Assembly: GCA_029287915.1 (NCBI GenBank) | Contig: JARFQE010000096.1 | Coordinates: 3,238 to 67,237, forward strand | Origin: Arenicellales bacterium | GTDB lineage: Bacteria; Pseudomonadota; Gammaproteobacteria; BMS3Bbin11 | Direction of reading: 5' to 3' | Length of the DNA stretch: 64,000 nucleotides | Part shown: positions 30,107-39,811 of the stretch, in pieces | How positions within the stretch are numbered: position 1 is the first letter of the stretch | Layout of the letters: every line of letters begins with the position of its first letter | The notes under the pieces: generated by a model | Told to the model about the DNA's origin: nothing | Seen by the model: only the letters and a program-made list of their open reading frames with translations | The model's database searches: none | Made by a program: the position numbers and the translations under genes

Positions 30107-30397
30107 CTATGTCTGTAAAGCTCCTGCTATCTGCAGCTGACCTGACCAGTATTTCCGGTGACTGTTGGTTCGAAAGTTTATTAAAGCCTGTTAAAACCTT
30201 CCTTATCATTAAGCACACCAGGCACGAAAACGACCAGAATATTATTCTTTGCTGTTGATGTTTGCCACAGCAGACCTATCGGGCCGATGGTCAGCTGTTG
30301 ACTGCATGCAACAAGTAGATGAAGCATGCTGAAAAGAAATACTGATTTATAACTGAGCTAAGATTGTCAGCTCGATTTGATCGCCTGAATGAGATTT

Positions 30398-31327
30398 TTA
30401 TTGTGCTGCAGCAACGTCTTCATTTACTGGTTTTTCTAGTGTTTCTTTGCTGCTATGGGTCTCTAGCTCGTTAGTCACTAACTGCTTTGGGGGTTCCGCC
30501 TGGTTCAGTTCAAATCCCCAGAAATCACTCAGTAAATAACCATAACTCTTATATTCATCCTTGTTGGTAGTAATCATTTCCTTGCCGCCAGCAAAGCGTT
30601 TTCGCAGTTTTTCTGTTGCAGCAACGCCCTCCGGGCTGAGTAAGGCCGCCTGCATTTCCTGCTGCGCGTCGGTAGGGATCCTGGTTGCAGCACTGATTGC
30701 CTGATGAGGCAGGCCAGTACTTTGAAACAATACTCGGGTTTGCTTCTGCTCATCACTTTTGTTCAATTTCTTATATACCTTGGCAGGGATGACAGCGGCA
30801 TCGCATTTGCGCGCTACCATTGCTTTATAAACATTCTTAAAGCCACGTACAACCTCAACCCTTGGTTGTCTTGCAGGATTTTTAAACTGTTCCTGCATAG
30901 TCAAGGTGGCTAGATTAGGGGGTGCATGGCCACAGATTGACTTGCCGGACAGATCATTTAGTTTGCTGACCTTTGCATTATCTTTTCTTGAAATTATAAC
31001 GAATTCCAGTTTGCCAGGTAAGCGGACCAGTGGAGTATGCTCGAGAGCTGCAACGCGCCAACTGACAAAGTGCGGTCCATCAAAAACCAGATCGAACTTG
31101 TCCATACGCATATCTTTCATATAGGAAAGCCAGTTATCAGGGTGCTTATAGGTAAATGTATGTCCTGTCTTCGCTGTAAGAAATTCAGCAATGGGGCCAT
31201 ATAGCTCCTTTCCCTGTACGGGTTTTTCACGAGGTGGAGCAGTAAAGACGTATTCGTCGGCCTGGGCTGCTGCCAGCATTGAACAGACAAGTACAAGACT
31301 TGCCATTAAACCTTTAACAAAATTCAT
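30398..31327 (-). CDS. PhnD/phosphonate-type periplasmic binding protein-like (orphan)
   Basis: Signal peptide, FTAPPRE, DLVFDGPH, PPNLATL and LPHQAIS. No ABC permease adjacent. Confidence 0.7.
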   Translation of the reverse strand: MNFVKGLMASLVLVCSMLAAAQADEYVFTAPPREKPVQGKELYGPIAEFLTAKTGHTFTYKHPDNWLSYMKDMRMDKFDLVFDGPHFVSWRVAALEHTPLVRLPGKLEFVIISRKDNAKVSKLNDLSGKSICGHAPPNLATLTMQEQFKNPARQPRVEVVRGFKNVYKAMVARKCDAAVIPAKVYKKLNKSDEQKQTRVLFQSTGLPHQAISAATRIPTDAQQEMQAALLSPEGVAATEKLRKRFAGGKEMITTNKDEYKSYGYLLSDFWGFELNQAEPPKQLVTNELETHSSKETLEKPVNEDVAAAQ

Positions 31328-31500
31328 AGTGCCTTCCCGAGATTATTTGAACAATTTGAAATGCACTTTTTTAGATTTATTGTGTACTGTGCATTTTCTC
31401 AATTTTATAACTATATGCCGCTGACGAGTCAGGGTTATCATTAGCATGGTTCAGTAATTATCTGCGGTCAAGGTAGCGTGGGCACTTTTTTATGATCCAG

Positions 31501-31533
31501 AAAAAAGGCCTGCAGTGTACAAATGCTGCAGGC
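31501..31533 (-). terminator. Intrinsic terminator
   Basis: Minus strand GCCTGCAG-N10-CTGCAGGC followed by CTTTTTT. Confidence 0.6.
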
Positions 31534-31571
31534 ATGGGTGTTTAATTCAAACGCTATAGAACTATCTGCGC

Positions 31572-32210
31572 TTAATTTGCATAATCCTTGATGGCCTTGA
31601 AATCAATGCTATTGAAGTATTCCTTGAGCGTTTCTGACGACACCTTCTTATCACCATCAATTTTCACCATCACCTTGTTGGCAACCATTGATGTAAGAGA
31701 ATTATCACGCTCGTTGGCAATGGCTTTTTCACCACTTATTACTATTAATTTGTTGTCCTGACCCATAAACATTGGGTTGGAAAACATCATACCCATAGAC
31801 TGCATCAGTGGTGAATCAGTTGTGATTGAGATGGTAACGTTTTCTATGTTCCCTTCAGCTTTTCTTGTATATCGTCTTTCTGCACTAATTCCACCCCCAA
31901 ACATACCCGCTGCAGCAGCACTGCTCTTGCCATCATCTGCTTCCCAACCTTCAAGTGGCTCAGGCAGCAGCTTGCTGACCAGCTCACCTTTCTTTTGTCT
32001 AATCAGAGTTGAGGCTGAATCAAGAGCCGTGATAGCCGTATTATAGTCCTCTTTCCCATAGGCCTTTACTGCTTCATCAATCTGATCCGTGACGTCATCT
32101 GCCAACAGGTCTGTTGAACAGGAAAGAAACAGGGCAAGTGAGGCTGAAACAATAAGCGGTTTTTTGATATTAAATTTCCAGGGCTGGGTTTTGGGCATGA
32201 GTGGCTCCAT
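31572..32210 (-). CDS. Exported hypothetical protein
   Basis: Signal-like N-terminus, LLPEPLEGW, MFGGGISAERRY and TDSPLMQ. Confidence 0.75.
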   Translation of the reverse strand: MEPLMPKTQPWKFNIKKPLIVSASLALFLSCSTDLLADDVTDQIDEAVKAYGKEDYNTAITALDSASTLIRQKKGELVSKLLPEPLEGWEADDGKSSAAAAGMFGGGISAERRYTRKAEGNIENVTISITTDSPLMQSMGMMFSNPMFMGQDNKLIVISGEKAIANERDNSLTSMVANKVMVKIDGDKKVSSETLKEYFNSIDFKAIKDYAN

Positions 32211-32305
32211 ATTGAATGTAGTTGTTAATTATTTAAGTGTGAACTCGGGAACTGTTGATAAGTGTAATGTCATTCACCATAAAGATGAATACAAGTTAAT
32301 ATATT

Positions 32306-32320
32306 ATTGATAATATCAAT
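32306..32320. promoter_or_regulatory. OxyR/LysR-type autoregulatory site
   Basis: ATTG-N7-CAAT (ATTGATAATATCAAT) lies about 30 bp before oxyR and is nearly identical to the site at 33298. Confidence 0.6.
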
Positions 32321-32349
32321 CGCGAGTAAAAGACCTATTTATATTTGAT

Positions 32350-33315
32350 ATGACAATTACAGAACTCCGCTATATCGTTGCAGTTGCCCGTGAAAGACAT
32401 TTTGGACGCGCCGCCAGTGCCTGTTTTGTCAGTCAGTCAACATTGAGTATCGGGGTGCGTAAGCTCGAAGATGAACTGGGGGTACCCCTGTTTGAGCGTG
32501 CACGGAAGGAAGTGACTTTGACTGCTAAAGGAGAACAAATTGTTGAGCAGGCCCAGCGGGTGCTTGAAGAAATTGACATCATCAAACAAATGGCTGAATC
32601 AGAAAAGGGTCCATTAGTCGGGGCATTGCGCATTGGTGCTATTCATACCATTGGTCCCTACCTTTTCCCAGGCCTGATACCCATGCTGCATGAGCAGGCA
32701 CCGGAAATGCCCCTTATTGTGCAGGAGAATTTTACAGCAAACCTGACAACGCTGCTTAAACAGGGGCAGCTCGATGTGATTATCATTTCCTATCCATATG
32801 ATGAGCCAGGTATAGTAACTATGCCTTTATACGATGAACCTTTTGTTATTGTAGTACCATCGGCACATCCGTGGGCAGAAAAAAAAACAATCTCACGAGA
32901 CATGTTACCTGAGGAAAACATCATGCTGCTGGGCGCCGGTAACTGCTTCCGTGACCAGGTTCTCGAATTCTGTCCTGACTGTCTGCAGGCCTCTCAAAAA
33001 GATATTGGCTTGCAGCAGACCCTGGAAGGTAGTTCGCTTGAGACTATACGCCACATGGTAATGAGTGGTATCGGAATTTCTGTTTTTCCTGCAACAGCTG
33101 CCGGCGCTCATGGGTATACGCATCGTCTGCTTGCTGTTAAGCGGTTATCGGGTAAACAACCCGTTCGGCGGGTGGCACTGGCCTGGAGAAAAAGCTTTCC
33201 CCGGCTGCAGGCCATTGTGACTATAACGCAGGCGATTCAACAGCTTGACCTTTCTAGCGTTAGTATGCTGCCGCCTGGTCCAGAACAGGTATCCTTTATT
33301 GATAAAATCAATTAA
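32350..33315 (+). CDS. oxyR: Hydrogen peroxide-inducible LysR regulator OxyR
   Basis: ELRYIVAVARERHFGRAA HTH, GNCFRDQVLEFC with both redox cysteines, and GSSLETIRHMV. Confidence 0.92.
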   Translation: MTITELRYIVAVARERHFGRAASACFVSQSTLSIGVRKLEDELGVPLFERARKEVTLTAKGEQIVEQAQRVLEEIDIIKQMAESEKGPLVGALRIGAIHTIGPYLFPGLIPMLHEQAPEMPLIVQENFTANLTTLLKQGQLDVIIISYPYDEPGIVTMPLYDEPFVIVVPSAHPWAEKKTISRDMLPEENIMLLGAGNCFRDQVLEFCPDCLQASQKDIGLQQTLEGSSLETIRHMVMSGIGISVFPATAAGAHGYTHRLLAVKRLSGKQPVRRVALAWRKSFPRLQAIVTITQAIQQLDLSSVSMLPPGPEQVSFIDKIN

Positions 33316-33334
33316 TATGTTTGTTACATTCAAT
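33298..33334 (+). promoter_or_regulatory. OxyR four-tetramer operator
   Basis: ATTG-N7-CAAT-N7-TTTG-N7-CAAT has the spacing of ATAG-N7-CTAT-N7-ATAG-N7-CTAT. Confidence 0.7.
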
Positions 33335-33423
33335 TGGAACAAAATATCAGGTTTTTTTATCATTCACTCAGCGGATAAAACCGTTGGATTAATCCACAGC
33401 ATTATTTTAAAAAGGAGTTAAAA

Positions 33424-33843
33424 ATGTCGTTGAAAGATAGCAAAACAGAACAGAACCTGAAAGATGCCTTTGCCGGTGAATCACAGGCTAACCGTCGTTA
33501 CCTTTACTTCGCTGCAAAAGCAGACGTCGAAGGATATAACGATGTAGCGGCAGTTTTCCGTTCAACCGCTGAAGGTGAAACAGGCCACGCGCATGGTCAC
33601 CTGGAATACCTGGAAGAAACTGGTGATCCTGCAACTGGTCTGCCAATCGGTGGTACGGCAGATAATCTGAAAGCATCCATTGCCGGTGAGACCCATGAAT
33701 ATACAGATATGTACCCCGGTATGGCGAAAGATGCACGTGATGAAGGTTTTGACGAAATCGCGGACTGGATGGAAACCCTGGCGAAGGCCGAGCGTTCCCA
33801 TGCAAACCGTTTCCAGAAAGCCCTCGACTCACTCGATAGCTAA
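33424..33843 (+). CDS. rbr: Short-chain rubrerythrin (no rubredoxin domain)
   Basis: AAGGAG RBS and di-iron ligands in [29 protein letters not shown] and AERSH. Confidence 0.92.
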   Translation: MSLKDSKTEQNLKDAFAGESQANRRYLYFAAKADVEGYNDVAAVFRSTAEGETGHAHGHLEYLEETGDPATGLPIGGTADNLKASIAGETHEYTDMYPGMAKDARDEGFDEIADWMETLAKAERSHANRFQKALDSLDS

Positions 33844-33856
33844 TCTGCAATAGACG

Positions 33857-33888
33857 GGGAGGGCATATCGCCCTCCCTTTTACTTTTT
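33857..33888 (+). terminator. Intra-operon intrinsic terminator after rubrerythrin
   Basis: GGGAGGGC-ATATC-GCCCTCCC followed by TTTTACTTTTT. Confidence 0.75.
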
Positions 33889-33907
33889 CACAACAGGGCT
33901 TTTGAAT

Positions 33908-35254
33908 ATGGCAACAACACAACGTGAAGGAAATCTAGAGGCTCCTACCAGACATAACATAAACTGGAAGGACCCCGACTTCTTTAATGAAGATTCGCTG
34001 TATAAGGAGCTTGAACGTGTTTATGACCATTGCCACGGATGTCGTCGTTGCGTCAGCCTGTGTCAGTCATTTCCCGTGTTGTTTGATCTCGTCGACGAAT
34101 CACCAACCATGGAAGTAGATGGTGTCGACAAGAAAGATTATATGAAGGTCGTTGATCAGTGCTATCTGTGCGATCTCTGCTATATGACCAAATGCCCATA
34201 TACACCACCGCATGAATGGAATATCGATTTTCCTCACCTGATGCTGCGAGCCAAAGCAGTGAAATTCAGGAAGGGTGAAGTACGCACACGTGATAAAATA
34301 CTTACTTCAACGGATGCTGTCGGGAAACTGGCCGGTATTCCTGTTGTGGTTAACTTTGTTAATGCATCAAATCGTAATCAGACAATGCGTAAGGCACTGG
34401 AAAAGACCCTTGGCGTCAGTGCTCGAGCACATGTGCCGGAATATCACTCCAGCACCTTCCGTAAGCAACAGAAATCACGTGATGGTTTGACTGCCAGCCA
34501 GGTGACAGCGGGCACTAAAACACATGGCAAGGTCGCGCTGTTTGCAACCTGCTATGCCAACTATAATGAACCTGCCGCCGCTAGAGATATAGTCTCTGTA
34601 CTGGAACATAATGGAATCCCCGTGACGCTGGCAGAAAAAGAAACATGCTGCGGCATGCCAAAACTTGAACTGGGTGACCTGCATGCTGTAGAAGAAGCAA
34701 AAAACTTGAATATACCGGCACTGGCAGCCATGGTTGATGCTGGTTGGGATCTTGTTTCTCCAGTGCCTTCGTGCACACTGATGTTCAAGCAGGAGCTGCC
34801 ATTGCTGTTTCCGGAAGATGCCGATGTGAAAAAAGTTGCAGATGCCTTCTACGATCCGTTTGAATATCTTGCACAGCGGCACAAAGAGGGATTACTGAAT
34901 ACTGATTTTAAATCTGGTGTTGGCAAGGTTTCCTATCATGTTGCCTGTCATCAGCGCGTACAGAATATCGGGCCTAAAACACGTGATGTACTGAGCCTGA
35001 TCCCAGATATTGAAATTGAAACCATTGAACGTTGTTCCGGCCATGATGGCACTTATGGCGTTAAGGCAGAAACATTCGATTTTGCTGTCAAGATCGGCCG
35101 CCCGGTGGCGAATCGAATCAAGAAAAATGAGCCCGATCATTTCACCTCTGACTGCCCCATTGCAGGGCACCATCTGGCAAATATACTCGGAAATGACAAC
35201 GAACCAACACATCCAATGAGCCTGCTGAGGATGGCTTATGGGCTGGGAGAATAG
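33908..35254 (+). CDS. Rubrerythrin-associated Fe-S oxidoreductase (GlpC/HdrD-like, CCG domains)
   Basis: CHGCRRCVSLC, CYLCDLC...CP, CCGMP, HVACH and CSGHDG. Confidence 0.9.
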   Translation: MATTQREGNLEAPTRHNINWKDPDFFNEDSLYKELERVYDHCHGCRRCVSLCQSFPVLFDLVDESPTMEVDGVDKKDYMKVVDQCYLCDLCYMTKCPYTPPHEWNIDFPHLMLRAKAVKFRKGEVRTRDKILTSTDAVGKLAGIPVVVNFVNASNRNQTMRKALEKTLGVSARAHVPEYHSSTFRKQQKSRDGLTASQVTAGTKTHGKVALFATCYANYNEPAAARDIVSVLEHNGIPVTLAEKETCCGMPKLELGDLHAVEEAKNLNIPALAAMVDAGWDLVSPVPSCTLMFKQELPLLFPEDADVKKVADAFYDPFEYLAQRHKEGLLNTDFKSGVGKVSYHVACHQRVQNIGPKTRDVLSLIPDIEIETIERCSGHDGTYGVKAETFDFAVKIGRPVANRIKKNEPDHFTSDCPIAGHHLANILGNDNEPTHPMSLLRMAYGLGE

Positions 35255-35256
35255 CA

Positions 35257-35838
35257 ATGGATAAACTGCAAAGATCTGATCTCTATTCACTCGAAAACTA
35301 CGCTGCCATACGCAATGAGTTTCGGTCAAAAGTGATGCAACACAAGAAGCACAGGAGCATTCAACTTGGTGAAAACCTGCGCCTGTTGTTTGAAGACAGA
35401 CTGACGATTCAGTATCAGATCCAGGAAATGCTACGGATAGAAAAGATTTTTGAAGCAGATGGCATAGAAGAAGAGCTGCAAGCCTATAATCCGTTAATCC
35501 CAGATGGTCAGAACCTGAAGGCGGTAATGATGATCGAGTTCAGTGACGTGAACGAGCGCAAAGGGGCACTGGAAAAGCTGATCGGAATTGATCGTAACGT
35601 CTGGTTGAAAGTTGATGGCTTTGAGAAGGTTTCTCCGATAAGTAATGAAGACCTGGATCGTGAAACAGAAGAAAAAACCTCGTCGGTTCATTTTATGCGT
35701 TTTGAATTTACACCTGAGATGATAACGGCTATGAAAAATGGTGCATCAGTGAGCGCCGGTGTTGAGCATCCAGAATATCAGCATGAGCTTATCATCGATG
35801 AAAGTATACGGCAGAGTCTAGTTGAAGATTTTGACTAA
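35257..35838 (+). CDS. DUF3501 family protein
   Basis: LFEDRLTIQYQIQEMLRIE, YNPLIP and KTSSVHF. Third gene of the known rbr-RFO-DUF3501 cluster. Confidence 0.9.
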   Translation: MDKLQRSDLYSLENYAAIRNEFRSKVMQHKKHRSIQLGENLRLLFEDRLTIQYQIQEMLRIEKIFEADGIEEELQAYNPLIPDGQNLKAVMMIEFSDVNERKGALEKLIGIDRNVWLKVDGFEKVSPISNEDLDRETEEKTSSVHFMRFEFTPEMITAMKNGASVSAGVEHPEYQHELIIDESIRQSLVEDFD

Positions 35839-35985
35839 ATCGTAGTTGTTCTCATTCATTGCAGTTTTTTCCCCATGACCTATAATCAAGCAGAATGCTG
35901 GGTCAAGCGACCTTTTTGCTATAAATGAAATAAAAACCATTTACCATACGGCGAGAATGAAAGGGGAAGCAATACTAACAAAGAT

Positions 35986-36005
35986 ACCTGTGATTTTTCA
36001 CAGGT
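35986..36005. promoter_or_regulatory. Inverted repeat abutting a start codon (possible operator)
   Basis: ACCTGTGA-TTTT-TCACAGGT ends 3 bp before ATG 36009. Confidence 0.4.
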
Positions 36006-36008
36006 CAA

Positions 36009-37598
36009 ATGATTAGTATAGACAGATATATGAAGCCTGATCTACCTGATCTAACAGTACACTCCTACAACGAAAAAGATGCAGGCAGTCCAGCTTCAAT
36101 CTCAGAACTCACCAGCTGGTTGACAGCCACTGCGACACTGCAAGTCCCAGAGCTTGAAGAAAAAGTAAAGCAATTTCACTACGTTGAGTGCAGTGATCAC
36201 CAGCGACTGGGCCTTCTGGACTGGATACGCCCATTACTAAACAATACAGCCTACGCGGTACGCGCTGCCTTTGCGGACGGCAAACTGCCGCTGCCAGTGC
36301 ATGTAATAAATCATATTGACGGCCTGGGTCGAATAAATGCCATTATGGCAGACCTGTACAAAAATACCATTATAAGCCTTGCAGCCAGGGTGCTGCAGAA
36401 CCCGGAAATGTCGCATAAGGATCGAAAATCTCTACACGAAGATTTGATTCTGGCCTGTTATGGGGCGATCAATTTTCTTTCAGAGCAATTACGTACCTGC
36501 TACGAAAGTTATCGCCCTGTCCCTGAAGGTGTCTGGCACGAAATTCATCAAGTCTATAATTACTCACACTACATCATTGATTTGAGTGGCAATAGCCCGA
36601 TTGATGAAGAGAAAATCAGAGATGAATTCTTTCTTATTGAACATATATATAAACGTAGTCTATTGCTGGGGCTATGTAATCCGTTCGATTTTCAAGTCGA
36701 TGCATTTGGTGAACTAAACAGGATGCTGAACAAATGGGCGCATCTGAGCAAGCTAGAACACAATGTTGATGCACCTGAACAAACGTGCATGTTCAGCATT
36801 GACGAAAACAGTGATTACCCGGCAGCACCTATCCTTTCTCATAACGGTGATCTGGTGACCGCTGGAGATCTATCAGTGCTAAGCACCAAAGAGCTGGTGG
36901 CCGCATTGAATGAAGAAATAAATATAGTGGCAAAGAAGGCCTTTGAAGATTCCCAGAAAAATGCGCCAGGTAAATTGCTGCTGAGAATAGAGATGTTACG
37001 GCGACTGGTCATAAACTGGGGGAAACACCCGATTCGACAGGATGTCCGTCATGAAAAAGATGGCAAATGTGAGTCTGTAGCTGGTTACAACGAGATCATG
37101 AAAAATATGAGTAGTATGCTAACCGCGGCTATAAAAAAATCGCCACTGAATGATAAAAATTGTTGCATGATTACAGATGTTAGTGAAATGGGCTATCAGC
37201 TGGAAATGGGGTCTGATTGCGCCACTCGTTTCAGAATTGGCGATATGATAGCTGTCCGTGATCAGAGTAACCTCGATAAATGGTCACTTGCGGTTGTGCG
37301 CTGGGCCAGGTATAGCGCCAGTAAAACCATCAAGCTTGGAATGTTTGTCATGGGCTGGCAGGTGGAGAGACGCAGGCTTAAAGTAGCACCATCTTCTGAT
37401 GTGACTATAGTTGTGATGTCAATTCTTGGAGAGTCTAATTTCCAGAGTAAAAAGAAGATATTGCTGGTTCCGGCGAGTATATATCGTCCAGGGAAAGTGA
37501 TGGAATTGATCGGTGAGGAAAATCAGCGCATCAAGGCAAAAAACCTTATCATGTCAGGTGCGGATTTTGATGTTATTGATTACAAGCTGTTAAGTTAG
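36009..37598 (+). CDS. FimW-like helical protein with PilZ-type c-di-GMP-binding motifs
   Basis: YRPVPEGVWHEIH and YKRSLLLGLCNP, with RQDVR (RxxxR), DVSEMG (DxSxxG) and AVVRWAR. Confidence 0.6.
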   Translation: MISIDRYMKPDLPDLTVHSYNEKDAGSPASISELTSWLTATATLQVPELEEKVKQFHYVECSDHQRLGLLDWIRPLLNNTAYAVRAAFADGKLPLPVHVINHIDGLGRINAIMADLYKNTIISLAARVLQNPEMSHKDRKSLHEDLILACYGAINFLSEQLRTCYESYRPVPEGVWHEIHQVYNYSHYIIDLSGNSPIDEEKIRDEFFLIEHIYKRSLLLGLCNPFDFQVDAFGELNRMLNKWAHLSKLEHNVDAPEQTCMFSIDENSDYPAAPILSHNGDLVTAGDLSVLSTKELVAALNEEINIVAKKAFEDSQKNAPGKLLLRIEMLRRLVINWGKHPIRQDVRHEKDGKCESVAGYNEIMKNMSSMLTAAIKKSPLNDKNCCMITDVSEMGYQLEMGSDCATRFRIGDMIAVRDQSNLDKWSLAVVRWARYSASKTIKLGMFVMGWQVERRRLKVAPSSDVTIVVMSILGESNFQSKKKILLVPASIYRPGKVMELIGEENQRIKAKNLIMSGADFDVIDYKLLS

Positions 37599-37699
37599 GT
37601 TGTCTTTTTCTTTTTGCCTGAACTTTATAGGAAATTAATTAATAAGATAAGACAACCGACATACACCCATGAAAGACCAAACCTTCAGCATAAATCCAG

Positions 37700-38461
37700 C
37701 TAACGATTCCTCCGCACACGCAAAGCAGCACCTTTTACTTTACTGGTAAGAAGATAGATATAAGCAGGTACTACAGTTTCTGCTTCAGGAACACTGCCAG
37801 GATCCTCACCAGGGAAAATTCGTGCGCGCAATAATGATCTTACCGGCCCTGTGTCGAGGGTATTGATGCGAATCGATGTGTTGGTTTCAAGTTCATCAGA
37901 CCATATCTGCGCAAGGCCCTCCAGCGCGAAGCCGGAAATACTATAAGCTCCCCAGTAGGCCTTGCCCTGTCGCGCCACGTCTGTACTGCTGAAGACAACA
38001 CAGGCATCTTCAGCTTCACGTAGCAAGCTAAGACAACAGCGTGTCAGCATATACGGCGCACTGAAATTCACCAGCAGGGCCTTGTTCAACATATCCATTG
38101 GGTATTGTGCCAGTGGGGTCAGCGTTCCAGGCTCTACAGCACAGTGAATAATACCATCAAGGCGGCCGAATTCATCTTTTACCAGCTCTGCCATTTCTTC
38201 GTACTGCGGCATACCGGCTGAGGCCAGATCCAGTTCAAGTTTGATGGGCTCAGCACCACCATTTTCGGTAATCCTGTCGTAGGTGGCATCCAGTCCGTGG
38301 CTATTCCTATCAACAAGAATAACAGTGGCTCCACTTATCCCCAGCGCAACAGCTACAGCACTGCCAATAGCTCCTGCAGCACCTGTAATCAGATAAACAT
38401 GTTCTTTTAGAACATCAGATGTCGATGGGAAATCTGTGACATTAATATTGGTGATATTCAT
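37700..38461 (-). CDS. YciK-family short-chain dehydrogenase (catalytic Lys replaced)
   Basis: TGAAGAIG, GRLDG, AYWGAYSISG and RARIFPGEDP. Lies downstream of the ubiG-gph block. Confidence 0.8.
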   Translation of the reverse strand: MNITNINVTDFPSTSDVLKEHVYLITGAAGAIGSAVAVALGISGATVILVDRNSHGLDATYDRITENGGAEPIKLELDLASAGMPQYEEMAELVKDEFGRLDGIIHCAVEPGTLTPLAQYPMDMLNKALLVNFSAPYMLTRCCLSLLREAEDACVVFSSTDVARQGKAYWGAYSISGFALEGLAQIWSDELETNTSIRINTLDTGPVRSLLRARIFPGEDPGSVPEAETVVPAYIYLLTSKVKGAALRVRRNR

Positions 38462-38527
38462 TGGCTTTAGTTTCAAGGTTCAGGTTCAAAATCTATTTAC
38501 CCCGAAGGGCCTTCGGGTCATAGCATG

Positions 38528-39811
38528 TCAACTGCTGTCTTTCGATATCGTTTGCTCAAGCTGTCGCGTACTTTTCTCTGTTTGTTCCGGAGTTTCTATC
38601 TTTTTGCTCGGCTTAATTCCCATCTCGCAAAATTTGCTGGCGCCCGGGATTAGTTTGCTCTGAAATGAACCAACAGCTTTGTTGTAGTGGGTGACGCTAT
38701 TATCCAGGCTACGACCGACCTTTGCCAGGTGCTCGCTGAAGATCGCCAGTCGGTGATACATTTGTTCACCCAGGGTACGAATTATCTCGGCATTTTCAGT
38801 CAATGATTCCTGTCGCCAGCCATAGGCAATGGCACGCAATAACGCCATCAGGCTAGTTGGTGTGGAAAGAATTACTTTCTTGCTCATGGCCGATTCAAGT
38901 AGCCCAGGGTCCTGATCCAGCGCAGCCGCCAGAAATTGGTCGCCCGGGATGAACAGGATGACAAAATCAGGTGCATTTTTGAACTGCCCCCAGTAGGCCT
39001 TGGTGGAGAGTTCCCTGACCCGATCACGCACATTCATCATGTGGCGACCAAGAAATTCAGCACGTTGTTTTTCATCCGTAGTTTCTACCGCACTGAGATA
39101 GGCATCAAGCGGTGTTTTGACATCGACGACCACCTCACGATTGCCAGGCATGCGTACTAGCAAGTCGGGTCGAATAGCGGCTTCGCCAATTTTTGTATGC
39201 TCCTGTTGGTAGAAATCACAGTGTTCAACCATGCCGGCCAGTTCGACCAGTCTTTTCAGGGTTATTTCACCCCATTGTCCACGCACCTCTGGTCGACGCA
39301 GTGCCTGTACTAAATTACGTGTTTCACCCTGTAGGTGTCGCTGGCTTTCGGCCAGTGATTTAATTTGCTGAGACAGCGCACCATAGGCCTGATGTCGGGC
39401 TTTTTCCATCAACTGTACCTGACGTTCGGTCTTGTCCAGTGCCTCCCGAATCGGTTTAACCATATTTTGCATAGATTGTTCGCGCTGCTGCAGACTGGCT
39501 TCGGCACCACGCTGAAATTTACCGAGGTTTTCCATCGCCAGGTTGATGAATGCCTGGTGGTTCTTTTGCAGTGCGTCAGTGGAAAGATTGGCAAAACGCT
39601 GTTCCATGTCTTCAAGCGCACGCTCGGTGGCGGAGTGTTCCATGCGCAGGCGGGTCTGCATGCGGATCATGCGTTTATCATGGTATAGATAAGTAATGAG
39701 CCAGCTAAGCAGGGCGGCTATAAGTGCAGAAATAGCGGCAAGTATCAGAGCTTCTTCACTAAAACTGACAATCTGACCGGAGATGCCGATACTAACAACC
39801 GGATCAGACAC
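38528..39811 (-). CDS. rmuC: DNA recombination protein RmuC
   Basis: N-terminal TM, coiled coil, RGQWGE, RPD, VDVK, PDFVILFIP and TPTSL. Confidence 0.93.
   Translation of the reverse strand: MSDPVVSIGISGQIVSFSEEALILAAISALIAALLSWLITYLYHDKRMIRMQTRLRMEHSATERALEDMEQRFANLSTDALQKNHQAFINLAMENLGKFQRGAEASLQQREQSMQNMVKPIREALDKTERQVQLMEKARHQAYGALSQQIKSLAESQRHLQGETRNLVQALRRPEVRGQWGEITLKRLVELAGMVEHCDFYQQEHTKIGEAAIRPDLLVRMPGNREVVVDVKTPLDAYLSAVETTDEKQRAEFLGRHMMNVRDRVRELSTKAYWGQFKNAPDFVILFIPGDQFLAAALDQDPGLLESAMSKKVILSTPTSLMALLRAIAYGWRQESLTENAEIIRTLGEQMYHRLAIFSEHLAKVGRSLDNSVTHYNKAVGSFQSKLIPGASKFCEMGIKPSKKIETPEQTEKSTRQLEQTISKDSS

Noticed and set aside
32307..32319. TTGAT...ATCAA as an FNR box (also at 33299)
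   Set aside because: The spacer is 3 nt, not 4. It fits the LysR/OxyR ATTG-N7-CAAT pattern instead.
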